Of a DNA stretch of 64,000 nucleotides, positions 33,333 through 44,871 are shown piece after piece. The notes under the pieces were generated by a model that searched no databases, was not told the DNA's origin, and saw only the letters and a program-made list of their open reading frames with translations. Source of the DNA: Minutocellus sp. GHC0000111 (Eukaryota); NCBI GenBank assembly GCA_977018835.1, contig OZ361260.1:3224001-3288000 (forward strand), given 5' to 3'. Made by a program: the position numbers and the translations under genes. Every line of letters starts with the position of its first letter. Position 1 is the stretch's first letter.

Positions 33333-36300
33333 ATGGCAACGCCCCAAACATCTCCAGACGCAGAAGGAGGAGACGGCCGTGACGATCAGCAGCACGAGGC
33401 GGTGGTCTCGTCCTTCCTCAGCGGCGGCCTTTCCGGCACGCATCGGGAAACAAACACGAGTAGCAGCAGTTGTGCGGAGTTGCCGGCAAGTGCCGGTGCG
33501 GTAGATACCACTGCCAAGAAGGCACCACCGACCATGTCGAGTTCCGATACTAGAATTTCTAATGATACCTCCGCTGGCGGTGATGCCGATGTTCCCACGA
33601 TAGCATCGCCTCTGCTGGGCGCTACCGAGGCGGCCGACGCGACGGCGATCGATGCGGACATGAGCGACGAGTGGCAGCTCAACGACTGGCCCGACGGAGA
33701 TGCAGGCGGAGAGACTCACGTCGAGGAAGACTCCCGGCAGCAGCTTGAGTTGGAGCCGCAGCACATGGCAATAAATAGTGACGACAATGGAACCATGGGA
33801 GCCGCGGTGGCCGCAGCGGCAACGCATGCGGTATCAGATACCGGAGCTACTAATTTGAATTTTGGCGTCATAAGCGGCGGCGGCAGCGGTGCAGGTTCGG
33901 CGGCCCAGCAGCCGAGCACTGCATCGGCCTTGGCCTCCGCGTCTGCGTCCAACGATAGGGACGTCCTCGGGGCTCCGCCGTCGCCGGACGATGCGTCTCG
34001 GTCGACGACTCCGCCCGATCGGGAGGTGTATCATTCGTCGTCTTCGGCAGCGGCGACAGCTGCGGCCAAACGGCGGCAGTTCCAAGCACAACAGACCGAG
34101 GCACAAACAGAGACAGGGGCTCAGCCGAGCTTTACGGCCGAAGCATTTGCACTGGATACAGAAGATGACAGTGGAGCCGCGACGACAGACATGCCCTCGG
34201 GATTACATGCGCATGCACCGCAACAAACACCACTACATTCAGCCTCAACCATTACTGCAAGTACAGCTCATAGCACAACCCAAAAACCATACGTATATCA
34301 GCAGCTCGGGACGGTCGGGACCTTTTCTACATCCGTCACTGGCAGAATTCTAACAGTTTTATCTCAGCGATGCTTTCCCAATAAACTTCGTCATACGCAT
34401 TCCGGTTCGGCCTTGGCGGGATTCCTCTCCCTCCTCCTCGTAACGTGCAGCTCGTACATGCTCAGTCCGATGCGAGATGCGGCCGCCCTGGCCGTCGGTG
34501 TGGACTACATCCCCGCCCTGACCTTGGCCAGCACCGTCCTGGCGTTGGCCAGCAGCGTTCCGGTGGGGTGGTTGTTCGAGGCGCCCAACCCAGCCCGGAG
34601 GGGACGGTTCTTCAACCGGGTCGGCTTGACCCGAGGAGAAACGCAGGGCACCAGCCTGGCGCTGTTTTATCGATGCTTTGCGCTGTGTTTGGTGGGGTAT
34701 GCCATGGGATTCAAGATTGTAGAAATAATGGGTGGGATGGCAGACGATAGCAAGACGGAGGCATTATCAGTCGAAGGAGAATGTTCAGCTGGACAAGAGT
34801 ATGGTGCAGAGGAGGGACAGTGCGTGACTACGGAATCCGAATCCGAAACCATGGCGTCGATGATGTCGATGTTACCCCTTGGGATGAGTACATTCCTTGC
34901 CCTCCTCAAGCGCATCTTGACCCGAATAGTCAAGTCCCGATTTGGTAAGCTATTCTATGTCGCCTTCTTTCTCGTGGTTCACTTGATGAAATTGCATTCT
35001 CTTAGCCTCATCTGGGGAGTAACGTCGGAAGCCATGGAATACGAAGAGCAGGCTGAGAAGCGAGAGCGACAACGATTGGAAGAGGAAGAGGCAAGGGCGG
35101 CCGAGTCTGCTTGGCACAGCGAAGGCAGTAGGCATCGCAATGCCGTTAGTTCTGCACGACGATACTCGGCACCGCATTACGTTCACCATGGCTCACATCC
35201 GGCTCACAAGCATCGGCCAGTCCTTACCAGTATCCCGTCGGGAGAGGTCGCTCCAACCAATGCACAGCATCAGGAGGCCGAGCAAGAGCGACAACGACAG
35301 CAGCAAAGGGAACAGCAGCAACAACAGCAACAAAAACCTAGCTCGCGGTCGCGAATTCGTCTCAAGCGATTGGCATTCGTAGGGTTTGGCGGCACACTGG
35401 GTGGTATTTTGGGCAGCGTCATCGCCTCGGGTCTAGCGCGAACATTGCACATATCTGGCCTACTAGTCGTGGCGGCCATTCTTTTGGAGTTGTCGGCCGA
35501 GCTTTCGATTGAGCTTGGTAACATTATGCTGAGGCACTGGCAAGAGGAGCAAATACGAATCATGAGTTGTGGTGATTTGGCGACGCTTGGGTTGCAGTCT
35601 GCGGGTAATTTGGCATCTTCTACCAGCCTCGCTAGTCTCGCCGAGAACAAAGAAATATCGGGCGACGAAGTAGACTCGTCAATGAAGCGAGTGGCCAGTC
35701 TTGGTAGCATGAAACGCATTGCATCTGGAAATTCCATCACTAGTATGCAAAGAGCTCGGTCGGCGGCTTCTCTTAGTAGCTCAGACAACAACGAGCCGCC
35801 AGCCCCGACCGGCATGAAACGAAGCGCAAAAAGTATGGGCTCGTTGGCCGATGCTGGCAGGAAGCGAGATACCAAGTCCAAATCAAAACAGCAACGAGGA
35901 GATGATTCTGTTGCAAGCAGTGCTACCGACCGCAGTGATGTTGTTGAGGATAGTTCCTTCAAGCAAAGGCTTTTGCGTGGCATCAAGACTATATTGACAT
36001 CGCGACTGCTCATGTGCATCTTTACATACAATGCCCTCGCTGCCACCACCTCTGTCTTGCTATCTTTCCAACGGGCGGAGCTGGTTGCGAATCGTACTGT
36101 TGAGGCGACATCCACTGAACGTGACACAGCCTTCTTGGCCAATGTAAATATGGCAAGCAGCGTGGCAGTGTTTGCTTTGCAGGCATCTGGGCTTGGTGCA
36201 TTTATCGCTAGTTCATGTGGTCAGTACGGCACACTCGTGCTAATGCCAATGATTCGAATGTTTGGCGTCCTTATGCTGGCCTGGTGGCACGTCCAGGGAG

Positions 36301-36680
36301 CCGGACAGGCGCCGAACCTAACGCTTTTCTTGCTTCTTGACGAATTTACCAAGGTAATGAACTTTGCGGTTGCCAAGCCAGTGCGAGAGTCTCTATGGAG
36401 GGGACTCTCGGCTGAAGCCCGGTATGATGCCAAGCCCATTGTGGACACTCTAGCAAATAGGTGGGGCGGTGGCAGTGCCGCCTTCCTCACCTCGGCGATT
36501 GGACACATCATGGCCACCACAGGCGTCGGAAGTGTCGCAGAGGATGGCACAAAGACTCTATTCGGCTTTCCGCCTGTTCTCATCTTGTGTTCCATAGCTG
36601 CAGTCTGGTGGGCAGTTGTCAGTGTTGATCTAGGAGGAATACGGAAACGAATTGACGCTGAGCTCAAGAAGCAGCAATAA
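33333..36680 (+). CDS. NTT/TLC (ATP/ADP translocase-like, MFS fold) transporter with long disordered insertions
   Basis: SSYMLSPMRDA...GVDYIP.L; SLIWG; GFGGTLGGILGS; NFAVAKPVRESLWRGLSAEARYDAKPIVDT..NRWG; about 12 hydrophobic segments. Confidence 0.8.
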   Translation: MATPQTSPDAEGGDGRDDQQHEAVVSSFLSGGLSGTHRETNTSSSSCAELPASAGAVDTTAKKAPPTMSSSDTRISNDTSAGGDADVPTIASPLLGATEAADATAIDADMSDEWQLNDWPDGDAGGETHVEEDSRQQLELEPQHMAINSDDNGTMGAAVAAAATHAVSDTGATNLNFGVISGGGSGAGSAAQQPSTASALASASASNDRDVLGAPPSPDDASRSTTPPDREVYHSSSSAAATAAAKRRQFQAQQTEAQTETGAQPSFTAEAFALDTEDDSGAATTDMPSGLHAHAPQQTPLHSASTITASTAHSTTQKPYVYQQLGTVGTFSTSVTGRILTVLSQRCFPNKLRHTHSGSALAGFLSLLLVTCSSYMLSPMRDAAALAVGVDYIPALTLASTVLALASSVPVGWLFEAPNPARRGRFFNRVGLTRGETQGTSLALFYRCFALCLVGYAMGFKIVEIMGGMADDSKTEALSVEGECSAGQEYGAEEGQCVTTESESETMASMMSMLPLGMSTFLALLKRILTRIVKSRFGKLFYVAFFLVVHLMKLHSLSLIWGVTSEAMEYEEQAEKRERQRLEEEEARAAESAWHSEGSRHRNAVSSARRYSAPHYVHHGSHPAHKHRPVLTSIPSGEVAPTNAQHQEAEQERQRQQQREQQQQQQQKPSSRSRIRLKRLAFVGFGGTLGGILGSVIASGLARTLHISGLLVVAAILLELSAELSIELGNIMLRHWQEEQIRIMSCGDLATLGLQSAGNLASSTSLASLAENKEISGDEVDSSMKRVASLGSMKRIASGNSITSMQRARSAASLSSSDNNEPPAPTGMKRSAKSMGSLADAGRKRDTKSKSKQQRGDDSVASSATDRSDVVEDSSFKQRLLRGIKTILTSRLLMCIFTYNALAATTSVLLSFQRAELVANRTVEATSTERDTAFLANVNMASSVAVFALQASGLGAFIASSCGQYGTLVLMPMIRMFGVLMLAWWHVQGAGQAPNLTLFLLLDEFTKVMNFAVAKPVRESLWRGLSAEARYDAKPIVDTLANRWGGGSAAFLTSAIGHIMATTGVGSVAEDGTKTLFGFPPVLILCSIAAVWWAVVSVDLGGIRKRIDAELKKQQ

Positions 36681-36800
36681 TAAGTCTAAAAGACATACTT
36701 TTGGTTGGGTCTTCACTTGAAGCAATTGCACAGTAAGCCTCTACTTCTTGCTCATCTAATCTATGCAGTTGAGATCTATTATGTAGCTCTATTCAGACTA

Positions 36801-38429
36801 CTACTTCCTTCCACTGTCACCTGAAGCCCAACCGTAAAGGTCCGAGGCGAGCTTTCCCATCCGATCGAGTGTCTTGTCAAAGTTGCCCACGACACGCTCT
36901 CCTCCCTTCAAGATTCGAGAAGGAAAATCATCGGAAACCGCGTCGGAGAGCATCTCGGCATTCTTCTTCATAGAGGCGGCCGTCTTGTCCATGGTGGATA
37001 AAAGTTTTGCTTCGATCTCGTCCATGTTCCATTCCTTCTTCTTCCTCCGATCGCCGCTTGCGTCACCTTGACCGTTGGCACTGTCATTATTGGTTGCGGT
37101 ACCATCTCCATAGTGGCGACTGCTATCTCCGTCTTCCTCGACAATGTCGTAGCTATCTCCCACGGCCACTTCGACCGGACCAACTCGGAAGGAAGCGATG
37201 GTATCACCCTCAGTATCGGTCTCCACGTTGCTCACCGTAACTCCCAGCTTGCACTCCGGGACGACGGCAACAACCTGCGGTTCCGACTGCCGAACGATGC
37301 GATGGGGCGGACCGAAGGGTGACCTACCACCAAACGGAGTGGCGACGGGAGGAATGACCTGGCCCATGTGTTGACTCTGGTTGTTGCTACCACCAGATCC
37401 CTGAGACTCTTGAACATTGCTCTCTCCTTCAATGCCACCGCCAGACCCATCATCCTTGATCACCTCGACGGTACCATCGCGATTGCGAATGGTCGTCTCC
37501 TTCTCAACATGTCGCTTCCCGTTCTGATCGACGGTCGTGACTTCCTTGGTCGTGATGGTTTGTTCGTTGACCACCCGCGTCGACTGTGATACCGATCGAG
37601 ACGACGCACCGCCGCTGAAGCCACCGAACGGACCGAATATCCCCCCCGGCCCACCGCCGGCGCTGCTGCCTCCACCAAAGACGCTGCCCAGCATTGCCTC
37701 GAATGGGTCCTGGAACTCCTGCTGCTGTTGTCGTTGTCGGCGCGATCTATCGGCAGTCTCTCCCTCGCCATTCTCCTCCCCAACAACACCGACGGGTGCC
37801 GTCTCGATCTCCTGCACGGTCAGCACATTGACATCCGTCGATCCGTAGCACGACACGGAATGCGACACGGATTTGTTCGGGTCGTACCCCCGCGTGGGCG
37901 TGGCCGAATGATGGTCGTGATGATGCCCACCTCCTCCCCCATAGTTACCGTTGGCATTCCCCGCTGCGCGCTCGTACGCATTCTCGTCGTTCGATGCCAC
38001 CACCTTGGTGCTGGGGAGGACCTGCTGGAACATTTGGACGGCCTCGTCGTTCGTTCGGGCGGTCGGCAGGGTCGTGACGTGCCGCAGCTTGGTGGCGATT
38101 CCGTTGCACAGCGGCAGGCCCTGTAGGTTTTGGACGTCGCCGGAATTGTGGCTGGTGGTAGGTTTGTTGTTGGTATCTGCGTCGCCGTTGGCATTGTTGC
38201 CGGACTCCATGTGCAGAGCACCGCGACACGTGTAGGAGTAGACGTGTGGACGAAGAAAGACAGTGGAGTTGTTGGCGGAGGTGGACGATGATGATGTGCT
38301 GGTTTTGCCGTTCTTGCTGCCATTATTATTCCTTGCTGCATTGGACGACTCGGTGCCGCTGCTACCGCCGCCACCGCTGGAGGGAGAGGCGGGCGAGCCT
38401 CCGCCGTTGCTATTCACCGAGGGCCTCAT
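36801..38429 (-). CDS. Hypothetical protein containing a G/F-rich plus DNAJB6-CTD-like segment
   Basis: Long ORF from ATG 38429. DPFEAMLGSVFGGG...FGGFSGGASSRSVSQSTRVVNEQTITTKEVTT. No HPD/J-domain seen. Confidence 0.65.
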   Translation of the reverse strand: MRPSVNSNGGGSPASPSSGGGGSSGTESSNAARNNNGSKNGKTSTSSSSTSANNSTVFLRPHVYSYTCRGALHMESGNNANGDADTNNKPTTSHNSGDVQNLQGLPLCNGIATKLRHVTTLPTARTNDEAVQMFQQVLPSTKVVASNDENAYERAAGNANGNYGGGGGHHHDHHSATPTRGYDPNKSVSHSVSCYGSTDVNVLTVQEIETAPVGVVGEENGEGETADRSRRQRQQQQEFQDPFEAMLGSVFGGGSSAGGGPGGIFGPFGGFSGGASSRSVSQSTRVVNEQTITTKEVTTVDQNGKRHVEKETTIRNRDGTVEVIKDDGSGGGIEGESNVQESQGSGGSNNQSQHMGQVIPPVATPFGGRSPFGPPHRIVRQSEPQVVAVVPECKLGVTVSNVETDTEGDTIASFRVGPVEVAVGDSYDIVEEDGDSSRHYGDGTATNNDSANGQGDASGDRRKKKEWNMDEIEAKLLSTMDKTAASMKKNAEMLSDAVSDDFPSRILKGGERVVGNFDKTLDRMGKLASDLYGWASGDSGRK

Positions 38430-38471
38430 GGTGGTCAACGTCGGTTCGATGCATTTTGCAAGCCGAGGGCC

Positions 38472-38973
38472 CAGGGTTGTCTACCCGACCACATTTTGTC
38501 ATGGGTGGGTGGGTGTCGGGTGTTACCCGAGGAGAATTCTGGATGGGTGTGGGTAGACGGGTAGGCACCCATTTGCATGCTTGAAGTGGCGGGTATCGGG
38601 TGTGGGCAATGGGTATCTGATTTTGGGTGCATAAGAGGCTCAAACTCAGAATTTTCTTCGGCAAAGCCGAGTTCTTCTGCTAAAAGTTCACCATGGTGGG
38701 CACTTGAGCTCTTCTTGGAGGCCACTTTTGGAGAGGATTTTGGCATGGTTCGTGGTGGCTGTTGTGCAAAATTATGCAAATTTGGCCTCGAGATGAGGCA
38801 ATTTTCACACCCATCTAGCCACCCATCCCCACATCTGTAACGATGGGTGTCGGGTGGGTGACACCCACCGCCATGCGTTGGTCGGGTGGGTAGAACATCT
38901 ACCCACCCACCCGGCAAAAACCGGCACCCGACACCCATTCGGGTGTGGGTATCTCCTCGGGTGGACAACCCTG
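38472..38973. mobile_element. Non-autonomous hAT-type MITE (502 bp)
   Basis: TIRs CAGGGTTGTCTACCCGA (38472-38488) and TCGGGTGGACAACCCTG (38957-38973) match at 16/17. Flanking 8-mers CGAGGGCC and CAAGGGCC match at 7/8. Dense GGGT/ACCC subterminal repeats; no transposase. Confidence 0.88.
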
Positions 38974-39097
38974 CAAGGGCCGCGCGCGCGGCTCAACACT
39001 GTGTCAAAATGCATGGCTCTCGGCGAGGCCATGTCGGCGAAGTTTCTTCAAGCAACGTAATCGTAACCATCTCATTCTTCAAAGCAAAGCAAAAGCC

Positions 39098-40757
39098 ATG
39101 CTGGCAAAGGGGAGAGGGCGCCGCTCGAGCCCTTGTCATAATATTATCCGCGATATTCGTCGTCGTTGCGTTCTGCTCGTTGGTGGCATATGTGAAGGTG
39201 GTTCCCTCATTCAGCAAGGGCGGCAGTAGCAGTAGTGTTGCCGGTGGACCTGCTGCTGTTGGGTCGGCGGCGCCGACGGCACTTGTTGTGGAAAGGCAGG
39301 AGGAAGCATCATCTACTTTACGTACACTCACCCCTTCATCTGACGCAAATGAAAAAGAAGCAACCAACAATTGTCGATTGGTAGAGTGGTGGCAGAGCCA
39401 TCCCTCCGCTCCGATTGGCATCTCGTGCGACCCAACATCCCAGTTGCTCGCTGATACCAATGACGCATCGACAGCAACCTCCATGGGTTTGCCAATACCG
39501 CCTCCGTTGTTTCGGGCACGGTCTCCAGCTCAAGTACCTGCTACAGATAGTGGTGGCGGTGATGACCGCATTCAAGTGGCAATGGTCGTACCGTTTGTTC
39601 CATTCCAACTACCAAAAATTATACATCTACTATCCAAGTTTTGGTCAAAGCGTCCGCCATGTTTGCCAGATACGCCAAAGCAGTCTGCCGATCTCGTCTT
39701 CTTCACCGAAAGTATGGTGCCGAACGATGTGAAGCAGACAATTATACACCACTTCACTGAATTAGGGCAGGGGGGAAATGAAACAAGTTGCTTTAACAAT
39801 GCGAAGGAGCCTGCATTCCTCTCCCTGACCAATGTCGACCCTGAGCTGTCGCATTTGGAGGGGGCGGCTTCTGCGTTCTTTTACTTATTTGAGCTGCTGG
39901 AAACCAAGTACAGGACATTTCTACTAGCTGAACCCGATGTTGTTCCGGTGCAGGCAGGCTTTGTACCGGCCTTGGTGGAGCAAAGCCAGAGGCTGGGCTG
40001 TGGGGATGATGAACTCTGGCAGGTCGGATCGCCACCGCTTGTGGCAGATGTCGAAGCTGGTATGCTCAGAGAACGCATAGATTATCATATGAATGGCAAT
40101 GCAATGTATGCTTTGGGCTGCGAAGGATTCGAAGACTACAAATGCCGAGTCCAGACGTTCTACGTTCCGAAGGATGAATGCTCCAAAGTCGCAGGTTGTG
40201 GTACGCATGAGGCATACGAAGGTGGCTATGATAATTCCTTGTATCGATTTCGGATGCATCCGGAAAATTACGAATATAGCCGATTGGTCCTGAACCGATT
40301 CGCCTATTCCGCCTTTGTCCAGAATCGGGGAGAGGCCATCTACGATCCCGAAGAAGTTGTGAGAGATTCCAAGTCCACTTATTTTGTGCATTCAAAGAGT
40401 GTTTATCTCCATGCCGCAGCTACTATTCTGAAGGAGGCAGTTGTCAGCACTTTGAGACGGGATGTTTGTTTGGACGATGATAGTTTACAAGCAAAGAAGG
40501 AACTTGAGGGACTTTTCCACAAATTGAGAGAAAGAAAATAAGAGAAGATCGATGCCATCACACACCTTTGCCGGGCTTCAAAAAAAGGCGTCTTTGGGGA
40601 TGTGAAAGCAATTGCGAGTGTATGTGAGGACGCTGAAGGAAGCAAGAGCATGCGTCTACCAGCAAGCGTGAACAATACCGATGTTGGGGGTAGTGGTGGT
40701 GACTCCATCGTGTTTTGCGAAGATGGATGGGATTCTATCATTCAAACTAAGAACTAG
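39098..40757 (+). CDS. Type II membrane glycosyltransferase-like protein (probable 5' frameshift near 39130; in-frame TAA at 40539-40541)
   Basis: Basic N-tail (MLAKGRGRR, other frame), TM ALVIILSAIFVVVAFCSLVAYV, a stem, then a domain with VAMVVPF, LLAEPDVVPV, YHMNGNAMY, GGYD and YFVHSK. The frame stays open 71 codons past the TAA. Confidence 0.6.
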
Positions 40758-41020
40758 CTAGAAAGGGGAATCGAGCAACTCTAGCTCGGATCTAAAAAAT
40801 TGGAAACAATTTGGGAAATGGGGTGTGTTTTGAGAAATGTCTTCTTTGAGCACATGTAATGATTGATAGATTCCCATTAGTAAATTATCTCAAATTATAC
40901 ATTGCTCGTTACATTGCTCTTCGTGCAAAAGACCACGAAACATACTAGTAGCCGAGAAATCTCCTCTAAAATACGGTGGACACTGGGTCAAATATTTATG
41001 AAATGTTGGTACTCTTCTTC

Positions 41021-43591
41021 TTACGGGGTGCAGTAAGGTTCACAGAGTTTGCATGAGCAGTTATCGCAATCAGCACCAAGTTCTACCATTTCGGCACTGC
41101 CGCTGCGGACGTCGAGGTCACAGAGGCTCTTGTCGAACTCTCCCGAGAGATTGTTGTTCTCCACTCGGATTGCAAGAAGGTGCTTCTGATAGTCAAAGCC
41201 GTTCGACCAGTCGGAAGGCATTTCACCACTGAGCTGGTTGTTATTAAGATGGATCTCCTTCAGCTTGCGGTTTCCGATCCTGGGATAGCTGTCAGGGATG
41301 CTTCCGGTGAACTGCGGGAAAGAAAATTATTGGAAAGACAAGTTGAGTAAGTGTGTAAGTAAAACAAATATATCAACAGTAGTACCATCCGTCACAAAAA
41401 CAACATTGCAGAATTTTGGTGCACGGGCTTTCCTTCCTGAGATACTCACTCGGTTGTTGTTGAGATACAGCAGTCGAAGGATGCGGTGGTTGCCAAGACT
41501 TTCGGTAAGGGTTCCGGTCATCTTGTTGCGGCCCAAATCAAGCATGAAGAGACCATCGAGCGAGGGCCAGTCAGGGATGGGACCAGACAGGTTGTTATTG
41601 TACAACGACAGGTTACGCAGATTCTTGCAACCGCCAAAGCCAAGAGTAACACCGCCGCTCAGGTTGTTCTCGCCGGCGTAGAAGTGAACCAACGACGTGA
41701 GCTGTCCAATCTTGGAGGAGATGGTGCCAGTGAAGCGGTTGGACTTGAGGTACAGACCCTCCAGCCAGTACATGTCGTAGATGGCATCGGGGATGGTGCC
41801 CTGGATCTGATTCTCGGACAGGTCGAGGCTGGTCAGGGTTTGCCAGAACTGGGAGATTTCGGGCGACAGAATGCCAGTGAGGCCCATCTTGCGGAACTTG
41901 ATCTTGGTAATCTTGCCCTCCCGGTTGCACTGGATGGCCTTGAGGTCGCACTCGTCGATGCCGGCGGGGAGGAGCTCGGCGGCCATGGTGCGGCGATGAC
42001 GACGGCGCTGGCGACGGCCGCCACCAGCTCCAGCCGGGGGAGGGACCTGCCACCAGGCAGTGCCTTCCGTGGCAGTGCTGTCGTCCTCTGGGAAGCGCTC
42101 GTTGGCCTGCTGCGCCGGTCCCTGGTTCGTCTCAGCCTCCTTATCCTCCTTCTCCTTTTGCTTGGCTGCTTCCTTGGCGGCCTTCTCGGCTTCCTTGGCG
42201 GCCTTTTCGGCCTCCTTGTCGTCCACCGGCTGCTGCTGCAGAATATCCTCAACTTCTTCTTCTTCCACAACCATCGTCTCTTGGGCGGGTTCCGGGACGG
42301 ACGCAACCTCCTCCATCTCCTCCTCTTCAGGAACATCGCCCTCCTCATCAATATCCAATCCCATACCATCCCCACTCTGCTCCCCATCCGTCAGAGCAAA
42401 GATGACGGTCGTCAGGGCATATCTCTGCAAAAACTTTTCGCTGTCCACCAGCTTCAGTCCACTGCCGGCAACGGCCGCCTCGGTGGCATCGGTGGTAAGG
42501 CGCATGGGATCGACGTCGACCAACCACTTGAGGGCCTCGTGCTGCGGAGTGCCGGGGGTGGCAACGGCCTCCGGATCGCTGAGGGCGGTGGCGACGTCAA
42601 AGTCGGCCCCGGCCTCGTATCGGGTGGCCATCACGGGTGCCCGGGTGGGGGTGGCGGTGGGCCTGGACGTGGTGGGTGCCCTGGTCACCGGACTGGAGGT
42701 GGGCTTGCCCACCTCGACGGTGGGAGGGTCGGTATCCTCCATGGTGGGGCTGGGCGTCGGTTCGAGGGTGATCGGATCTCCCCCCGAGGCCTGCTTGGCG
42801 TTGGAGGAATCTCCCCCAAAACTGATGACGCCGGCACCGACGCACGCACCGATGGCAATGGCGGCGGCCACGATGACTCCCAGCACGGCCAGGACGATGG
42901 TCGTCTTGCCACATCGTTTCCTGCCACCGCTGCCGGCCCCTCCCTTCTTGAAGGAGTTGGCCACGGCCTCCTCGTTGGGTGCCTTGCGCGCCTTGTTGGG
43001 CTCATCGTCATCATCGTCAGCTCCACCATATGCATACTCGTCGTTGCCCCGCCCCTCCTCGATCCGGTCGAAGCCATCGGCACCGTTCTGAATTTCGGTC
43101 AGCGCGACCTCCTGGGTGATCTCCGCCCCGGCCGAAACGGCGCTGGCGGCCGGAGTGCTGGTGACGCTCGCGGTGCCATTCTGCCGGCCGGTGTTGCCGC
43201 TAATTTCCGTGACGGCCTCTTCGTCGCACGAAAAGGTGTCGTCGTCGACATCATCGTTGGCGTTGCTGATGTTGCTGATGTCATTGGCGGTCTCGGCGGC
43301 GGCAGGAGCGACGGCGGCGGACGCGTCAGCAGCGGTACCGCTCACGACGCTGGACGGAGCAGCCGCGGCAGAGGTGGACTGCTGCTCCCAAACCTTGTCG
43401 AAGGTGCTCATCGTCGTGTCGTTGGCTGCAGAGGCAGCCGAAGCAGAGGCAGCAGCACCTCCACTGCCCAGCGTCTCGTCCAGGACCTTGTCGGCGACCG
43501 AATCGAGGAGGTCGGTCTCGGTCATGGAGGTGTCCATGGCAGAAGAAGCGGCAGCAGCAGGTGCCGATTCGTCGTCGGCTAGGAGGGGCAT
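41021..43591 (-). CDS. Type II membrane leucine-rich-repeat protein; exons 43591-41450 and 41311-41021; 810 aa
   Basis: Acidic N-terminus, TM IVLAVLGVIVAAAIAIGACVG, PT stalk, TPQHEALKWL...LQRYAL cap, plant-type LRRs (LxxLxLxxNxLxGxIP) and a Cys-rich end. GT-AG intron 41312-41449. Confidence 0.9.
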
Positions 43592-44156
43592 GGTTGACTA
43601 TGTATCAATATCAGGCTGATAATAATGGGCTGATTGAAGCAAGCTGAGTGGAGAGCTAATGCGGTCCTCGACTATTTCGAGCGCAAGATGTGCTGCTTTT
43701 TTCAAAGAAGGAACCGTGTCGCGTATCTTTCAATCTTTCTGCTTCTCGGATAGAGGAGAAACTACTACCGTAGAATAGGTCTCAAATGTCAAAGACTTGG
43801 GCGGAGAACCTTCCTCTCGGGGAGCTTTCACTGCGACGATACTTTGGATGGCAACTGTTGGATGGAGAAAGTGGCGGGTTGCGCTGGCCGCGCATCGCCT
43901 CTCATTTTTGGGCGCCTTGACAAGACCGATTTGAGGGCGGGCAGGCTTGCAAATTCATATTTTATGCTCAAAGAGCTCGCGATTCGCATGGTGTACGACA
44001 ACCATTGAAAACAGAAAACATTGCGCGAGCTCGAAAAGTGGTAAATCTTGTGAAAATTCACGAAATGCCGAACCGCGCGGCTCCTCAAGCTTGCTTGGCG
44101 CTCCTCGGCTCCTCTCCCCTCCCCCCGCCTCTTATTTCATCAAAGCAAGAGCAGAG

Positions 44157-44871
44157 ATGAAGGCTCGATCCCTCCTCGCCTCCGCCGTCGCCACGTGCGC
44201 TCTATCCTCTGGTCCTTCGGCGGTATCAGCCGCTGCGGTAGCGGCATCCTCCGCCGCCAACCACGGCGAGTCGTCGACCACCGCCGCCGCCGCCGTGCCC
44301 GAGGTAGCCGGCAATGCCGAGGCCACCCGCCGAGTCCTCGCTCAGACCAAGGAGGAGAGGGTGAGTCTTTCAGCAGTTGCTGGCCCAGTCGATCGTTTTA
44401 CGTTGCTTATTTAGTATGTTCCGTTCATTTATTTGATTATTCCTTTCACATGACATACATACACTAACATCCCGCTCGTGCCTGCTTCATGCACAACAGC
44501 AACGCATCATCAACGAACGCCGTCTGGCCATTGACTTCTACGACGACGACCTCGACGAATGCTACGACACCGACGAGAACAAGTTCGGCAAGTGCGACCT
44601 CGATCGCTTCCCCCGCTGCGGCAACGACGAATTGATCTGCTACAACCGGACCAACCGTCGGGACAAGTTCTACAGCGACTGGCATCCGCACTTCTACATC
44701 AACTACCACCGCGTCCTTTGCTACCCCGCCAGCTGGGAGGGATGGGGTGGCTGCAGCTCGTGCAGTCCCGGCCGGTACTGCAAGCACGAGAAGCGGTGCA
44801 TCCTGGACGAGGCCCAATACTGCTGCGAGGGAGAGTGGGGCTGCGACGGTGACGGCGGTGATGAGGAGTGA
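44157..44871 (+). CDS. Small secreted Cys/aromatic-rich protein; exons 44157-44360 and 44500-44871; 191 aa
   Basis: Signal peptide; AGG|gtgagt donor, cactaac branch site and acag acceptor. Exon 2 reads QRIINERRLAIDFYDDDLDECYD...GGCSSCSPGRYCKHEKRCILDEAQYCCEGEWGC. Confidence 0.8.

Noticed and set aside
38435..39097. ORFs spanning the GGGT-rich region, and the first 70 codons of ORF 38886-40541
   Set aside because: They translate MITE and promoter sequence and show no transposase or other motif.
41486..43619. Plus-strand ORFs of 698, 343 and 167 aa
   Set aside because: Antisense shadows of the GC3-rich LRR gene.
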